From assembly GCF_000143415.4 (NCBI RefSeq), contig NW_003314279.1, positions 62,001 to 126,000 on the forward strand: a stretch of 64,000 nt of DNA, in the 5' to 3' direction. The notes beneath the pieces are model-generated. The model was not told the DNA's origin, searched no databases, and saw only the letters and a program-made list of their open reading frames with translations. Positions 22,833 to 38,374 of this stretch are shown one piece after another. The translations under genes were made by a program, and so were the position numbers. This stretch comes from Selaginella moellendorffii. Taxonomy: Eukaryota; Plantae; Lycopodiophyta. Numbering within the stretch: the stretch's first letter is position 1; every line of letters begins with the position of its first letter.

Positions 22833-23225
22833 TCACGGGTGTGGAATTCCTTCTGGAAATGGAGGAGGAGATCTTCTGGTGACGAGGAACTTCCCCGGCA
22901 GTGAATTCCCGACTGGATTCGGCCCCGATGGTACCGAGTGCAGCTTCTCGGCTTGGAAGTCACTCCCGCAGCTGCTGCTTCCTTCCTTGCATCGCAGGAA
23001 ATGGTGAACAGGAGACTCGGAAGCTACTGCGACTTTGGCCTGGTTTTCATCTGAATCAAACCGAGAAACAAAAGGCCGGTTTTGTGAGGGATCCGCAGCG
23101 AAGGAGAACAAGAAGGAATGCTTACCTTGGGCAGGAATCCGAGCACAGGACACTTGAGTCGGCTGGAAAACGTAGAAGCAACAGAGCAGCAGCATAAAAG
23201 TAGCAACTTTCTTCCAGCTCCTCAT
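22833..23225 (-). CDS. CLE: CLE peptide precursor, TDIF/CLE41-like (H-type); mature motif HSVPSGPNPVGN at 22905-22940
   Basis: Signal peptide 'MRSWKKVATFMLLLCCFYVFQPTQVSC'. The 12-mer matches TDIF (HEVPSGPNPISN) at 9 of 12 positions. A 75-nt GT-AG intron lies at 23051-23125. Confidence 0.88.
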   Translation of the reverse strand: MRSWKKVATFMLLLCCFYVFQPTQVSCARIPAQGKHSFLFSFAADPSQNRPFVSRFDSDENQAKVAVASESPVHHFLRCKEGSSSCGSDFQAEKLHSVPSGPNPVGNSLPGKFLVTRRSPPPFPEGIPHP

Positions 23226-25394
23226 GGTAAATACTACAGGGAGTACGCATATATGTCCAGTGCTCGCAGAGGAGAGCCAGCAACGCTTTTCACCACTGAA
23301 ACTGGATGGATGACGACGATCTCTTTCTAGCAATCGAACTGGCGCTGGGAAATACCTTCGAGTCTAGCGCCACTGCTCTGGAGGAAGTGTCGGAAATTGC
23401 GTCCCGGGTGGATGGGAGCTCTACTTTGGAACAGCACGGGGGGTTGAAAATGGACCAGTAGCTCTGCGTGGTGTTGAAAAAGAAAGCGAAACGTTTTGAG
23501 AGCGAGACCGGGCGGAGCTGAGCTGAGCTGGTCAGTGACTTTGATGCGCGACGCTTGACAAAGAGAGCAAGAAATCGAATCAAGCAGCCGCAAGGAAAAG
23601 TAACACGGCAGCGAAGAAATCTCCGCGGGGCTCTCGGGATTTATACTCATGACCGCTGGACTGGATCTCATCAGCAGTGTGGACAAGGAATGAGAAAGAA
23701 AAAGAAAAGCGAGAGTGATTACGCTAATCAGGAGGAGCCGAGGTGGTGTTAAGCGGGCCACGCAGCGCAGCGTCAGTCAATCAATCAATCAATCTGGGGA
23801 TGGTAGGACTACAGTTCTCGAAGTTGGCAAACAAACAAGTCGACAATCAAGCAAGCACCAAGAAGAAGAAGAAGAAGAAAGGGAGTGAAAGAAAAAGCGA
23901 AAAAAAAAGCCGAGCTTTGCATGGAGGAAGGGGAAAGAATTGGGAAGGACGACGACGAAGAAGAAGATGGATGGAGTGGTTTTGCAAAGGCGAGAGTGAC
24001 GAGCGACGCAGCATCCGTGTCTCGTGCCACCCGACACAGCATGCGGCGATCGAGGACTTTGGTCTGGTTGCTTGCTTGGATTTGATCAGTCCCCGCGGGA
24101 TCGAAGAGAAAAGTGTGGGGAGAAGTGCGTAACGGGCTCGACTTGCCGGTAAGTCTCTCGCAGCATTTGTTTAAGCTCGTGAAATCTAACGCCTTTGTTT
24201 TGCATCAGGAGAGGAGGGATTTTAATTGTTCTTCGCTGTCGGGATTAAGCAGCTGGAAGTTTGTTTCTTTTTCTGCGTTTCTCGGACATCGCTGATCAGG
24301 CTTCTCTTTAAATACTGTTAAAAATCTCTGTTTTTTTGGTCTTTGCGGAGCTCCAGAGAGGTCAGTCTCGTCACTTTGCTTCAAAGGTCGTTTTAAAGTT
24401 TAAACTTCTGGCATTGCTTGACACTTCCAATGGCAGGCTCGAAGGATTCGATCGAGAGAAGCGAGTTTTACTCCCTCTCAACAGGCAGGCAGACATGATC
24501 AAGAAAAAACAACTCTCGAGATCGCGAAGATAGATGGCCAGGCCCGTTTTCGAGCTTCTCGCTCGCTCGTTCCAGCGTCGATCTCACAGCAAGTTTACGG
24601 AACTCCGGAATCTTTCCCTGTTCCCCATGGCCAAAGGACAACCTTTACAACGAGGGCCGCACAACGTTTTCTCGTTTCGTGAAGTCTTTGCTCAACAAAA
24701 GGTTGGCTGCGCTGTCAAAACAAAACCAACAAGAAGATGAAAAGGAGGAAGATCACCGAGAGCCAAAGCCAAAAACTTAGGTGCCTTGTCAAAGTGTAGA
24801 CTCTCAGAGACGAAACTCCTTGTTTGTTCTTCGCTTCTTTATGTTCCTCGTATTGGACTTGCATAAAAAAAAGTCTTTTTTCCTGCAATTTTCCTCTTTT
24901 GCTCTTTTCGGATCTTCAGCTTTGCGTGGTGTGCCTGCCTTGTAGCCAGCAAATGGGACCCCGTTGCCTGCTGTTTGCTCGCCTCGCCACTGACACACTG
25001 CCATTTTCCATATAAATGTGTCGCGAACGAACTCTTTTGCTCGCTGCTGCTCGTCCTCGCGCACAAATCCTTGGTCTGGTCCCTGTGATTTTTCCATCTC
25101 CCCCCACCCCCTATTCTCCATCAGTGTCACGGGCACGAGGAAGCCTTCCAGCAGCAGGAGCACCACCACCACCACCACCAAACTCTTCCATTATTCCAGC
25201 ACGATTTTCCCTCTGCTCCAGGCCAAAAGAACCAACCGACGAGACGTTCGTGGAGAAAGCTGACGGACCAGTCCTGTTGTTATCTCGATCGCCCAAAGTC
25301 CCCCGATCGATTGAATTCCCCATGTGTGTGCGTGAAGATCTTTCTTTGCGTTCTGACTGTTTGTGAACTTGATCTGAACTTCCTTTTTGTGTTC

Positions 25395-28785
<3,391 letters not shown>

Positions 28786-29276
28786 TTTCCTTTATCTCCT
28801 TCACCAAACTTAAAGCATTGTATCAAATTGTACCTGCATAGACGACTTCCACGTACACCTACTCTTCAAGAACAAGAAAAACGAGCTTGGAATCCTTCGC
28901 CTTCATCTTCTCCATCGCGAACAATGCCTAAGAAGAGAAAGAAAAGAGGAAAAAGCATCAGTTTTTGCAGCTACCAAGTCACGAAGCACTCACAGATCTT
29001 TTGAGCTCGCAGTACGAAAAGACCATTCCCAGTTGCGCCCCCAGCATAAAGAATCTCACTTTCCAAAATGCTCCACAAAGTCAGTTTGCAACTCCTCCTT
29101 TTCTTGAGCGCGAGGCACTCAAGTTTCACAGGCTCGGCATGCTCGTATCTGCCAAAAGTTAAGCCCCAAATAAGAACTTTTTACTCTTCCTTCAATGGTA
29201 TTCGGCCACCTATACCTGAGGAAGATTTCTTCCCTTCTCGTTGGATCTTGTCTTCGCAGATATTTTTCTCTGCCCA

Positions 29277-30914
29277 TCAGCTCGGCTCGGGAAAAGATCC
29301 AAGTCCAGCGCGGTAAGTGTTGGCCAGCACCACGTAAGGCACGGAATTCGCCGGGACCAAATCCGAGACACGCCGTGCGGCTGCTTGAGCGCGAGACACG
29401 TCCTCCAGCGACCCGCAAGCTCCCAGGAAAACCCTCCACGCAACCTGGTCGGGAAGAAACGGCATGCTCGCGAGCAGCTCCTCGGCATGCTTTAGCTGCC
29501 CCGATCTCGCAAAGCTCGCAACTATGGAGCTGTAGTGCTCGGCCGTCGGCTCCAGGCCATAGTCCGAGACCATGGACGCAAAGTAGCCGAGACCTTCCGC
29601 CACCATTCCCCGGTGGCCGCAAGCCGCGAGGAGACACATGAAAGCCACCTCGTCCGGTCGGACTCCGTCAACTTCCATCTCGTGGAACACCCGAATCGCC
29701 TCCTCCGTGTGTCCGAGGTGAGCGTAGGCCGCCAGCATTACTGACCACGAGTAGAAGTTCCTCTCCGGCATCTCCTCGAACAGCCTCTCGGCCTCGGCGA
29801 GATGACCACCCTGCGAGTTCGTCGCCACCATCGTGTTCCACGACACAACATTCTGCTTGGGCATTCTTGCGAAGAACCTCCTCGCCTCTGTCACGTCGGC
29901 CTTCTCCGCAAATCCTCCCACCATGGTCGTCCAAGAGAAGACGTCGCGCCCCGGCATCCGATCGAACAAGCGCTTGGCCTCGCAAACATTCCCGGTTCGA
30001 GCGTACGTCGCGAGCAGCGAGTTCCAGCTGATCAAGCTCCGCTTCGGCATCCTCTCGAACACGCACCGCGCCTCCTGTATCCGGCAATCGTTGTGCAGGA
30101 ACGCCGCGAGAAGCAGATTCCACGTCACAACATCCTTGCATGGGACTTGGTAGAACGTTTCTTTCGCTGCTTCCAAATGCCCACACCGGGCAAACGCCTG
30201 AAACATCCCGGCCCACGAGACGCTGTCACGCAGAGGCATGGATCTAAACACGGCCTCCGCCTCCGCCACCTTTCCGTGCCTCGTAAACGCGAACAACATC
30301 GCGTTCCAGCTGACCACGTCCGTCGCAGGCATCTTTTCAAACGCCACCTTTGCGATCTGCAGTTGCCCACTCCCGGCATATGCAGTGATCATCGCGTTCC
30401 ACGGCATGGCGCTCCTGGCCGGCGCGAGATCGAACAGGAGCTTCGCGCTGGCGGCGCAGCCGACGCGGTCGCAGCCAGCGATCATCTCCACCCACGCGAT
30501 CGTGTCCCGCGCCGGCATGCGATCAAAGACGCCCTTGGCCGTGTCGAGGCAGCGCTGCTCCGCGAAGCCCTGCAGTAGCGCCGTCCACGCCACGACGTTG
30601 CGCTCGGGCATGGCGTCGAAGAAGCGCTTGGCGTCGTCCAGGAGGCCGTGGCGGGCGTGGATGGACGTGATGATCGTCCAGGAGAAGAGATTGGGGTCGG
30701 GCATCGACTGGAAAACGCTGCGCGCGTCGGCGAGGCTAGCGCATTTGCCATACATGTGGATGAGCGTGTTGGCGAGGTAGCGGCTGCCGCGGTGGTGGGC
30801 GCTGCCGAGGATTTGGGCGTGGATTCGCCGCCCGGCCTCTAGGTCGTGGTGATCGCCGCATGATCGCAGGAGCGCCGCCAACTGATCTTGCTCCGCGAGG
30901 AGGGTCCTCCTCAT
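29277..30914 (-). CDS. PLS-class PPR protein with tandem 31-aa repeats and partial E domain (545 aa), intronless
   Basis: Tandem 'VVSWN.M..AY...G....A..LFD.MP' repeats ending in 'MPFLPDQVAWRVFLGAC..PYVVLANTY'. Confidence 0.93.
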   Translation of the reverse strand: MRRTLLAEQDQLAALLRSCGDHHDLEAGRRIHAQILGSAHHRGSRYLANTLIHMYGKCASLADARSVFQSMPDPNLFSWTIITSIHARHGLLDDAKRFFDAMPERNVVAWTALLQGFAEQRCLDTAKGVFDRMPARDTIAWVEMIAGCDRVGCAASAKLLFDLAPARSAMPWNAMITAYAGSGQLQIAKVAFEKMPATDVVSWNAMLFAFTRHGKVAEAEAVFRSMPLRDSVSWAGMFQAFARCGHLEAAKETFYQVPCKDVVTWNLLLAAFLHNDCRIQEARCVFERMPKRSLISWNSLLATYARTGNVCEAKRLFDRMPGRDVFSWTTMVGGFAEKADVTEARRFFARMPKQNVVSWNTMVATNSQGGHLAEAERLFEEMPERNFYSWSVMLAAYAHLGHTEEAIRVFHEMEVDGVRPDEVAFMCLLAACGHRGMVAEGLGYFASMVSDYGLEPTAEHYSSIVASFARSGQLKHAEELLASMPFLPDQVAWRVFLGACGSLEDVSRAQAAARRVSDLVPANSVPYVVLANTYRAGLGSFPEPS

Positions 30915-31950
30915 GAACCGCGCAAGAGATGGATCGTTAAACTCCCATTGTCATCTTTTAAGCTTCCAGAGAATGGAAGGTCATACGATTCTTATACGAA
31001 GATGGTATTGCCCAGAACGGAAAGTATCACGAGTTTGCTTCATATGATCCCATATATCTCTGTGCACACCACATGATTTTATTTAGTTCACATGGTTCAC
31101 GAGCGAGACAAGCATGGCAGCGTTGGAACTTTCAAATTTTTTTCAAATCTTCCCCCCTGTGCCAGTAAGTACTGAAGCATCATTTTTCTTCTTTGTCCAT
31201 TGTGTGTGTGTGGTTTTCCGTTGTTAAACATTTCTCCACCAACTTTATTAATATTACATTCCATTCACCAACTCCAGTAAAAATCAGTGATAATAGGGGT
31301 AACTACAAGCGCACAGTGTCAAAAGAGTATTAATTCTTTTGAGACCCCAGGGAATGTATCAGCAAGCACCAAAGAACGTTTGCAAGTGACAAAACCTTCC
31401 AGAGCATAGGCCTAGAGTTGTAGGCTATGATCTTCCTCAAATCTCTAGGGGCGAAAACAACATAGAGGAAGGACTTGAAGTATCTTCTTCCACTTTTGTC
31501 TGGCTGATCGATCCCTCGGCATTAAGTTGCGTTTCGTCTCGTCAATCCTGACTAAACAAAGAGGGGAAAACAGCAAAGAGAAGGAAAAGCCGAGACCTTG
31601 TTGTTTGTCCGTGGAAGAAGCGATCAAAGCGCTAGCAACATTCCTCTCCTTTCCTGCCAAGCATAGAAGAGGATAGCATCGAGCGAGTGGATCTTCCTAG
31701 AGTTTTTTAAGGAGAGGGAAAGATAAAAGAGAGAGAAAGGGGGAAAAGTGGAAGGCAAGGACATCTTACATACCTTGCTTTGCTTTGTTTTTGCGGCTTT
31801 TGATGGGAGCAAAATGCCCCGCCTTTGCTTTGGAATGCGGGAATGAGATGGTCTTGCAGTCGTCGTCGTCGCCGCCGCCCTGTTGGTCGTGGTCGTCTTC
31901 GTCTTCGTCTTCGTTTCCGTCTTTGTCACCACCACCGGCGCCTAGAGAGA

Positions 31951-34646
31951 ATGCGGGACGAAGCTGATCATCCTCTCCTCCAGCCAAGCGAAAGCCAGCG
32001 GCAGGAAGAACTGGAGCTGGAGCTGGAGCGGCACTCCAAAGTCCTGGTAACTGTGAGCTTGGAGAGCCAGAGCTTGGAGAATCTTTCGTGGGCGGTCACC
32101 GTTGCTTCGCGGCCGGGTGATACCGTCGTCGCTCTTCACCTCCTCGAGGACTCGGATTCAGGTGCGCTGGTTGGTTCCAAAGTTTCGTTTTTTCCTCCTC
32201 TCTTGTTCTTCCCCTTCACGGCGGCTCTTGAACTGACTTGGGAAATATCCTTTCTTGCCTCTTGCCTCTTCTCAGAGATCCGTTCCATCGAGAAGCAGTA
32301 CGAGCGGGCGAGAGCGGGAGTGCTGTCGCTGTTGGAGCAATGCCGGGAGCTGTGCCACTTTAGACAGGTGAACCCATTTTAGATTCTCGGCGGCCATGAA
32401 TAACCTCGGCTTGCTGGTCTCAGGTTACTACGAACGTCAGGATCGTCCCCACTTTCAATGGACCCAAGGCGGTGCTCCTGGAGCAAGCTGCTTTTCTCGA
32501 CGCCACCACGCTGGTTTTGAGCTCGTCGGATGTGGCTCCAGATCTCAAGTAAGTTATCAACTCTGGTAGTTTCGGATCGTCCTGACGTTTTTCCAATGTC
32601 AGGCTGAGCGGCTTCACCGAGTGTGGAGCGCAGTTTCCTGGACCACCGCAAGGCTGCTTAGTTTTCGTTGCTCAAAAAAAGAGAAGAATGAGCAGCAAAA
32701 AACTCATCAGCAGCGGCGTGATCTCCGTCCAAGGTGAACTTTTGGTTCCGGACGACCCCCAGCTCGCTGAGAAAGAGCAACGCGACGAATCGGTGCAGAG
32801 GCTACTGCCGCATAAAGGGTTTCAGTGTCACATCACCACTGATCCAGTAGTGGCTTCTTCCGAGCTTCACTGCTGCAAGGCCGCCCATGCCCGTCTCGAT
32901 ATCCCAAGCGACTACTCTCCCCGGGGTGTTCTCGAGGGGCCGCATTCGGATTCCAACGACGGTGGCGCGTCCCCGGAAGAACAGAGCTCCGGATCCTCCC
33001 CGGTTTTCCCGCTGCTCGTCTCCACCTCCAGTAATGCCGCTGGTAGAGTGGAGGACCAGCGAGATGAGGAGGAGGAGGAGGAGGAGCTCCAAGCGTCGTG
33101 CTTGAATCTGTTTAGGCACATGAAGCGCCACAACACTTTCCCTGCGACACCAGGTTCAGCGGTCCAGCGCCACCGGAGACTCATCCCCAGCTTTAGTTGC
33201 AGCTCCGCTCACAGTGGCATGAGATTTTCCAGCTACAACTCGGAGGAGGCGGAGCTCAGCCTGCATTCGATGTGCGCCGCCGGTGACAAGCCCCCCTGGA
33301 GATGCTTCACGTACGACGAGATTCTGCTGGCCACAAGCTGCTTCAGTCCTGGTAACTGAAATCCTGTTTTTCTCTGTTTTGCTCAATGTCGACGTCGATC
33401 TGGCTGCAGATAATCTCGTTGGGAAGGGTGGCTACGCCGTCGTCTACAAAGGCACCTTATCCGACGGGCAGCTCATTGCAGTGAAGAAGCTCACCAAAGG
33501 CGACTCGGAGCAGCATAAAGAAGGCGGCTTTCTCACGGAACTCGGCATCATTGGTCATGTGACTCATCCAAACACGACGCCTCTGATCGGCTTCTGCGTG
33601 GAGCGGGGCCTGCACTTGGTCTTCCCCTTCTCCCCCCATGGAAGTCTCGCGTCCGTCCTTCATGGTAAGTCCAGATCTGGTCCGAGTTTCTTCGTTATAA
33701 CTTTCTTTTCTTTTCGCAGGAACCAAGTCCAAGGCGTTGGAGTGGTCGGTGCGGAGGAAGATTGCGCTTGGCACTGCCAGAGGTCTTCAGTACCTCCATA
33801 AGGTCTGTCCAAGAAGGATAATTCACCGGGATATCAAAGCCTCCAACATACTTCTCGGTCCCGACTTCGAGCCGCAGGTAGCCACTATTTAATCTTCCGA
33901 GTCCCCGGATTGGTAAAGTTGTTTGATGCAGATATCTGATTTCGGCCTCGCGAAATGGCTTCCGGAGCAATGGACACATCATACTGTCACTCCCATTGAG
34001 GGGACTTTCGGGTGAGCCATCCACTCTTCAAACTGTTTGTGACTTGACAAGTCTGTCCTGAACCAGGTACCTCGCACCGGAATACTTCATGCACGGCATT
34101 GTGGACGAGAAAACCGATGTATTCGCATATGGAGTGCTGCTTCTCGAGCTCATCACCGGACGGAAGCCGATCGATGCCATGCAACGGAACATAGTTGTCT
34201 GGGTACACGAACTTTCTCAAATTCCTCCATTTGCTCAGAGCGTGCCCCTCCGTGTTTTTCCAGGCAAGACCATATCTGGAATCCTGTAGCATCCAAGAGC
34301 TGGTTGATCCCGCACTTGCTGGTGCCTACGACTCCAACCAGCTGCGAAAGTTGGTACTGGTTGCCACCCTGTGTGTCCGACAATCCCCTCTTTGGCGGCC
34401 CTGCATGAGCCAGGTAACAGTGCACCGCGAAGTCTTTGGTATACCAACACTCGTATTTTTTCTTCCTTCCTGTTCCTGTTTCCTGGCCAGGTTTTGAAGC
34501 TGCTTTCTGACGAGACACTGGACCAGGAGCTTCCAACCAACTGGAGTACTCTAGTCTGCAACGCAACCGACGTTGACGATGAGTACACGAGCAATGAATA
34601 TCATACTGACATGAACCGGCATAGAGCTCTCGCTCTGGGGACTTGA
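31951..34646 (+). CDS. Receptor-like cytoplasmic kinase class VI (RBK-like) with N-terminal UspA-like domain, multi-exon
   Basis: UspA-like '[19 protein letters not shown]', then kinase '[12 protein letters not shown]', '[11 protein letters not shown]', '[44 protein letters not shown]'. An alternative in-frame ATG lies at 31843. Confidence 0.9.
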
Positions 34647-34945
34647 GAGAACTTTCTATTCTTTCCTCTCTCGTATCGTTCTGCTGCTGCTGCTATTGCT
34701 ATTCCTGCTGTTGATCACTTGTAACATAACCTTCCTGCTGCGTGGAGACTGCCGAACAGAAGACTAATGAGGAGCTGTAATAAACAAGATGTACATTGCT
34801 GCCGGCAATTCTTTTGAAAAAAAATAGTCACCTTGAATGAACTTCACATGGTCTATCACTTGCATTCATTGATTGCCCCACAGCCTATACACAACAATCG
34901 TTAGCTAGATTGATGACAGGTGAAAACGATACCTTTAGTCACGAT

Positions 34946-35740
34946 CTAGCACCGAAAACCTCTACAAACTGCCAGCCAGACCGAGAGCAAGACCACGCAC
35001 ACGACAGCATCGATCGCGAGTATAAACTTCATGCTGCAACAGCACCGCATTCTTTGCCACTGAGCTCTCATCCTCGAGTTCCCCACACTCTTGCCACCCG
35101 AGGAGGTTTCCATTGCCTGCGCTGGACCATCGGACTTGTCACACCGCTCCATCACCACCTCCCGGAGCTCGTACTGCTTGTGCTTGCTCGACTTGCCCCT
35201 GGCGAGCGGCGAGCACGACGACGAGAACTGCGCTTGCGTAGAGTCACCGGACATCCTCCTCTCCAGCCGCCCCTTGCCCATCAAAGGCACACTATCGTCG
35301 AAAGATTGATCCGAAAAGCCTTCGTAACACTGCCTCCCGGTAGCGTCGTTGATCGCATTTCTCATCACTGGCAAGAGGTCACGATCCAAGTGATAGTTTT
35401 GGAGCTCGTCTCGATCTTCCTGGAGGCCCCGGAGAAGCAGTAGCCGTCTAAAATCGCTCTGGATTTGGCCCAAGAACGTAAACCCGTGCTCCTTTCCAAA
35501 GACTTCGTCAAAGACCCCACAATACGTGAGCGGGGGGTGGATGAGGTAGCACGCCAGGCGATTGTTCGCGGCAAATGTGACGGTCTTGTGCATCGGCGGG
35601 AGCGAAGCCAGAGATTCCGCCATGGCGGCTGCAAATCCGGGATCGTCGTCGAGGCACTCGGCTAGAATATTGGTCCCCTGAGCGATGGAAGCGTAGAAAA
35701 TGAGATTCTGGCCCTCCATTTTCTTCCTGGAATTCGGCAT
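34946..35740 (-). CDS. Phytolongin (non-SNARE longin-domain protein), intronless
   Basis: Longin-like N-terminus 'LIFYASIAQGTNILAE..LPPMHKTVT', no SNARE coil, and C-terminal TM 'ILAIDAVVCVVLLSVWLAVCRGFRC'. Confidence 0.85.
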   Translation of the reverse strand: MPNSRKKMEGQNLIFYASIAQGTNILAECLDDDPGFAAAMAESLASLPPMHKTVTFAANNRLACYLIHPPLTYCGVFDEVFGKEHGFTFLGQIQSDFRRLLLLRGLQEDRDELQNYHLDRDLLPVMRNAINDATGRQCYEGFSDQSFDDSVPLMGKGRLERRMSGDSTQAQFSSSCSPLARGKSSKHKQYELREVVMERCDKSDGPAQAMETSSGGKSVGNSRMRAQWQRMRCCCSMKFILAIDAVVCVVLLSVWLAVCRGFRC

Positions 35741-37778
35741 CGCTGGAGCGGCCGGAGCGCGGCGCGCCCGATCGATCGATCGGCTGTAGCTACAGTGATC
35801 GAGAGAGAAATACCTGATCGCTATCTCCGCCGGGAGCTCCTTGACTGACCTAAAATAAAGAATGACGAGCACATTTAAGAGGTTTACTAGCTAGAATTTT
35901 CCCGCCCATCAGCGCCTAGGGCTTCTTTGGTGGGATCTCTTTGGTCGATCGATCTAGCTAGGCGTATTAGACGACCAGAAACATCAAGCGCGTGCTTAGA
36001 AGTCTTGCCACGGTAAGATGATTTTGATTTTTCTTGCCCGCATTGTTCAATTCAATCACGCTGCTTGAAGAGACGTAGAAGACCAGGATGATACTGATAG
36101 GATCTATTTGGAAGATTTTTTTTGTTGTTTGCGCAATGCCATGGCCTTTTTGGTTGAATCGATCAAAGTATCGTAACAATGACAAGCTTTCTCACTGTTC
36201 GTTCCTCCCAATACTTTCTAAGAAAAGCTTAAAGCTGTGCTACTACTCATAATAGCTATAACAGTCTTAACTTCTATGCCTTGGAGAATTTGGAGGCACA
36301 GGACGTCCACGGATAAAAGAAGAGGTTTGTGAGGCTACTAGAGCTCACCGCCTCAGGTGGAAAACAGTCTCTACAGATAACGCTAACGAAAAGCGAAAGC
36401 AATCAAGACTGGAAGTTCCAGGTGACGATTTCTTCTCGTTTTTTGCTTTTATTTTCTTTAAGATTTTTTTGTTTTGGTTCTCGTATACTCACGATTTTCC
36501 TTGGATTTGAACGTATGGCCAGGCAGAAGATGAGGGTGCGCATATTTTTTGAAGCGCACAATCGCTTCCGCATTGCGACAAGGATCTCTTGAACCAGGCC
36601 CGAGGTGAGACGCGTTTGAGGGGGAGGCGGCCAAGAAGGTGATGGTGACCATGCCTTGTCTCTTGCTCTTGCCAAAGTCAGGTGAATCGTCACTCGCAGG
36701 CGGACAGATCTCTGGAAGGAGACAAACCGGGAAGTAATCGCTCGCACTAAGCTAGTCACCATACAGTATCACAGGCTTTCTCTGAATCGCAAAGGTAAGT
36801 AATCACTCTTTCTCTTTCTCGCTCTCTCTCTCTTTCTCACCGCTTTGATTTATGAGAAAGGAGGGAACCTGGCCTAGCAACTTGCAACACGCCATACAAT
36901 GCGAGAATCGCAACACCTAATATGTGTGCACTGTAAGTACAGGAAAAGAGATGCGATTGCAAAGTAGGCATCCATCGTGTCTCATCCTTGGGAGGTAAAA
37001 AAACCTTTTTTTTATCTGAGCTTTACACGCATTTTCTTTCGTTTGTCACGATAGAGAAGACGACTGAATCCGGCCCGAGCTCGAATCACAGGCAACTGGA
37101 CTGCGAGAATGACCCGTCTTCCACCCCGTGGCAGGAGACTTCCCTGTCGCAAGGGTGGCATTTGGCACGATAAGAATGGTACAAATATGCGGCTCTTCGT
37201 CTAGTTTTTCGGTCACGGTTTTACGTACAGCGAAGACGAGACAAATGAGCATGGAGCAAAAAGCGAAATAAAACAGAAGCAAACAGACTCCTCGGTATCA
37301 ACCGTGGTACCGGAGTAACACAAAACCGGGTATGGATTTTTCCGCATTGCATTTACTGTCTCTTGTTTTTGACGAGCATCGTTCTTCCAGGGTTACCATC
37401 ACCAAAACAGATAAAGGATTCAGACAGCTTGAATGCGGTAAGCCAGGCATTAAACTCCGCGATTGCGACTTCCACTTCCAAAAACAACAAGGAAATAGAA
37501 TGAGCACCGCGAGTTTTTCTATCTCGAAGAATTCCAGCAGGAGGAAGAGGAATGGCTCTGCTCAATGAAGTCCGGAAGGAACTAAAAGAGACAAGCAGGA
37601 GAGGTTGGGACTGGATAGCTTCGGCCAAAGCAGATAGGTCCGGGCAGTGCGAAGAGATAGGCCCGGCAATCACCGAGCCAAATCGAGAGCTTAAGATTGC
37701 GAAGATAAGATTTGCTTTTAAGGTGCTGTACGTTAGCGTTGTACGAGAGCGATCAAACAACCATACCGATTTGCATTT

Positions 37779-37852
37779 CTATATAGTTTGCTAGTTGGTG
37801 CCAAGTTGGAATCAAAGTAGAATATGCGCAATTTGGACACGTGGCCTTATCC
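37779..37852. promoter_or_regulatory. TATA-like element plus adjacent G-box (CACGTG) and I-box (CCTTATCC)
   Basis: CTATATAG at 37779-37786, CACGTG at 37838-37843, CCTTATCC at 37845-37852. Confidence 0.5.
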
Positions 37853-38374
37853 ATGGTATTGTGATATGATTTGAATGGTGAGCATCCCACCGCGGGAGAG
37901 AACTGTGTGTCGACAGGAGCTTGGAGCTAATTTTACTTATTTTTGAGAACCACACAAAAAGATCTAAAAGGCCATTGCTTTTGTGGACATAAGATTGCCC
38001 TTCTCTTTTCTCATTCTTCATATTTTTTTTCCCTTTGAATCTTTGAGTGTGGGTGTCCATCTCTCGTCCATTCGATCTCTTGCTTGTTTCCTTTCTTCTT
38101 CTCTTCCTTCCTTTCCAAGTAAGCTTCTTCTAGAGTTTTTTCGGGATTGATTCTTCCTCCAGCCAGCGCGATACAGAATCGCATCCAAAATCTCAGTGGT
38201 TTTGCTCCGGCAAAGCCGTGGAATTTAATTGCTTTCCCGTGAGCACCGGATGCGTCAAGGGCCACATTGCGTCCAGGGATTGATCCGATTGAATTGAGGA
38301 TCGATTTAGTGATCGAGGATACTCGAGCGCTACCATCCAGCTCCAGCGCTGTAGCTTAAGCGCTCGCACTCGCC

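Noticed and set aside
23327-23761. 144-aa - strand ORF with a hydrophobic N-terminus upstream of the CLE gene
   Set aside because: Non-ATG start, composition explained by pyrimidine-rich leader or promoter DNA, and no recognisable motif.
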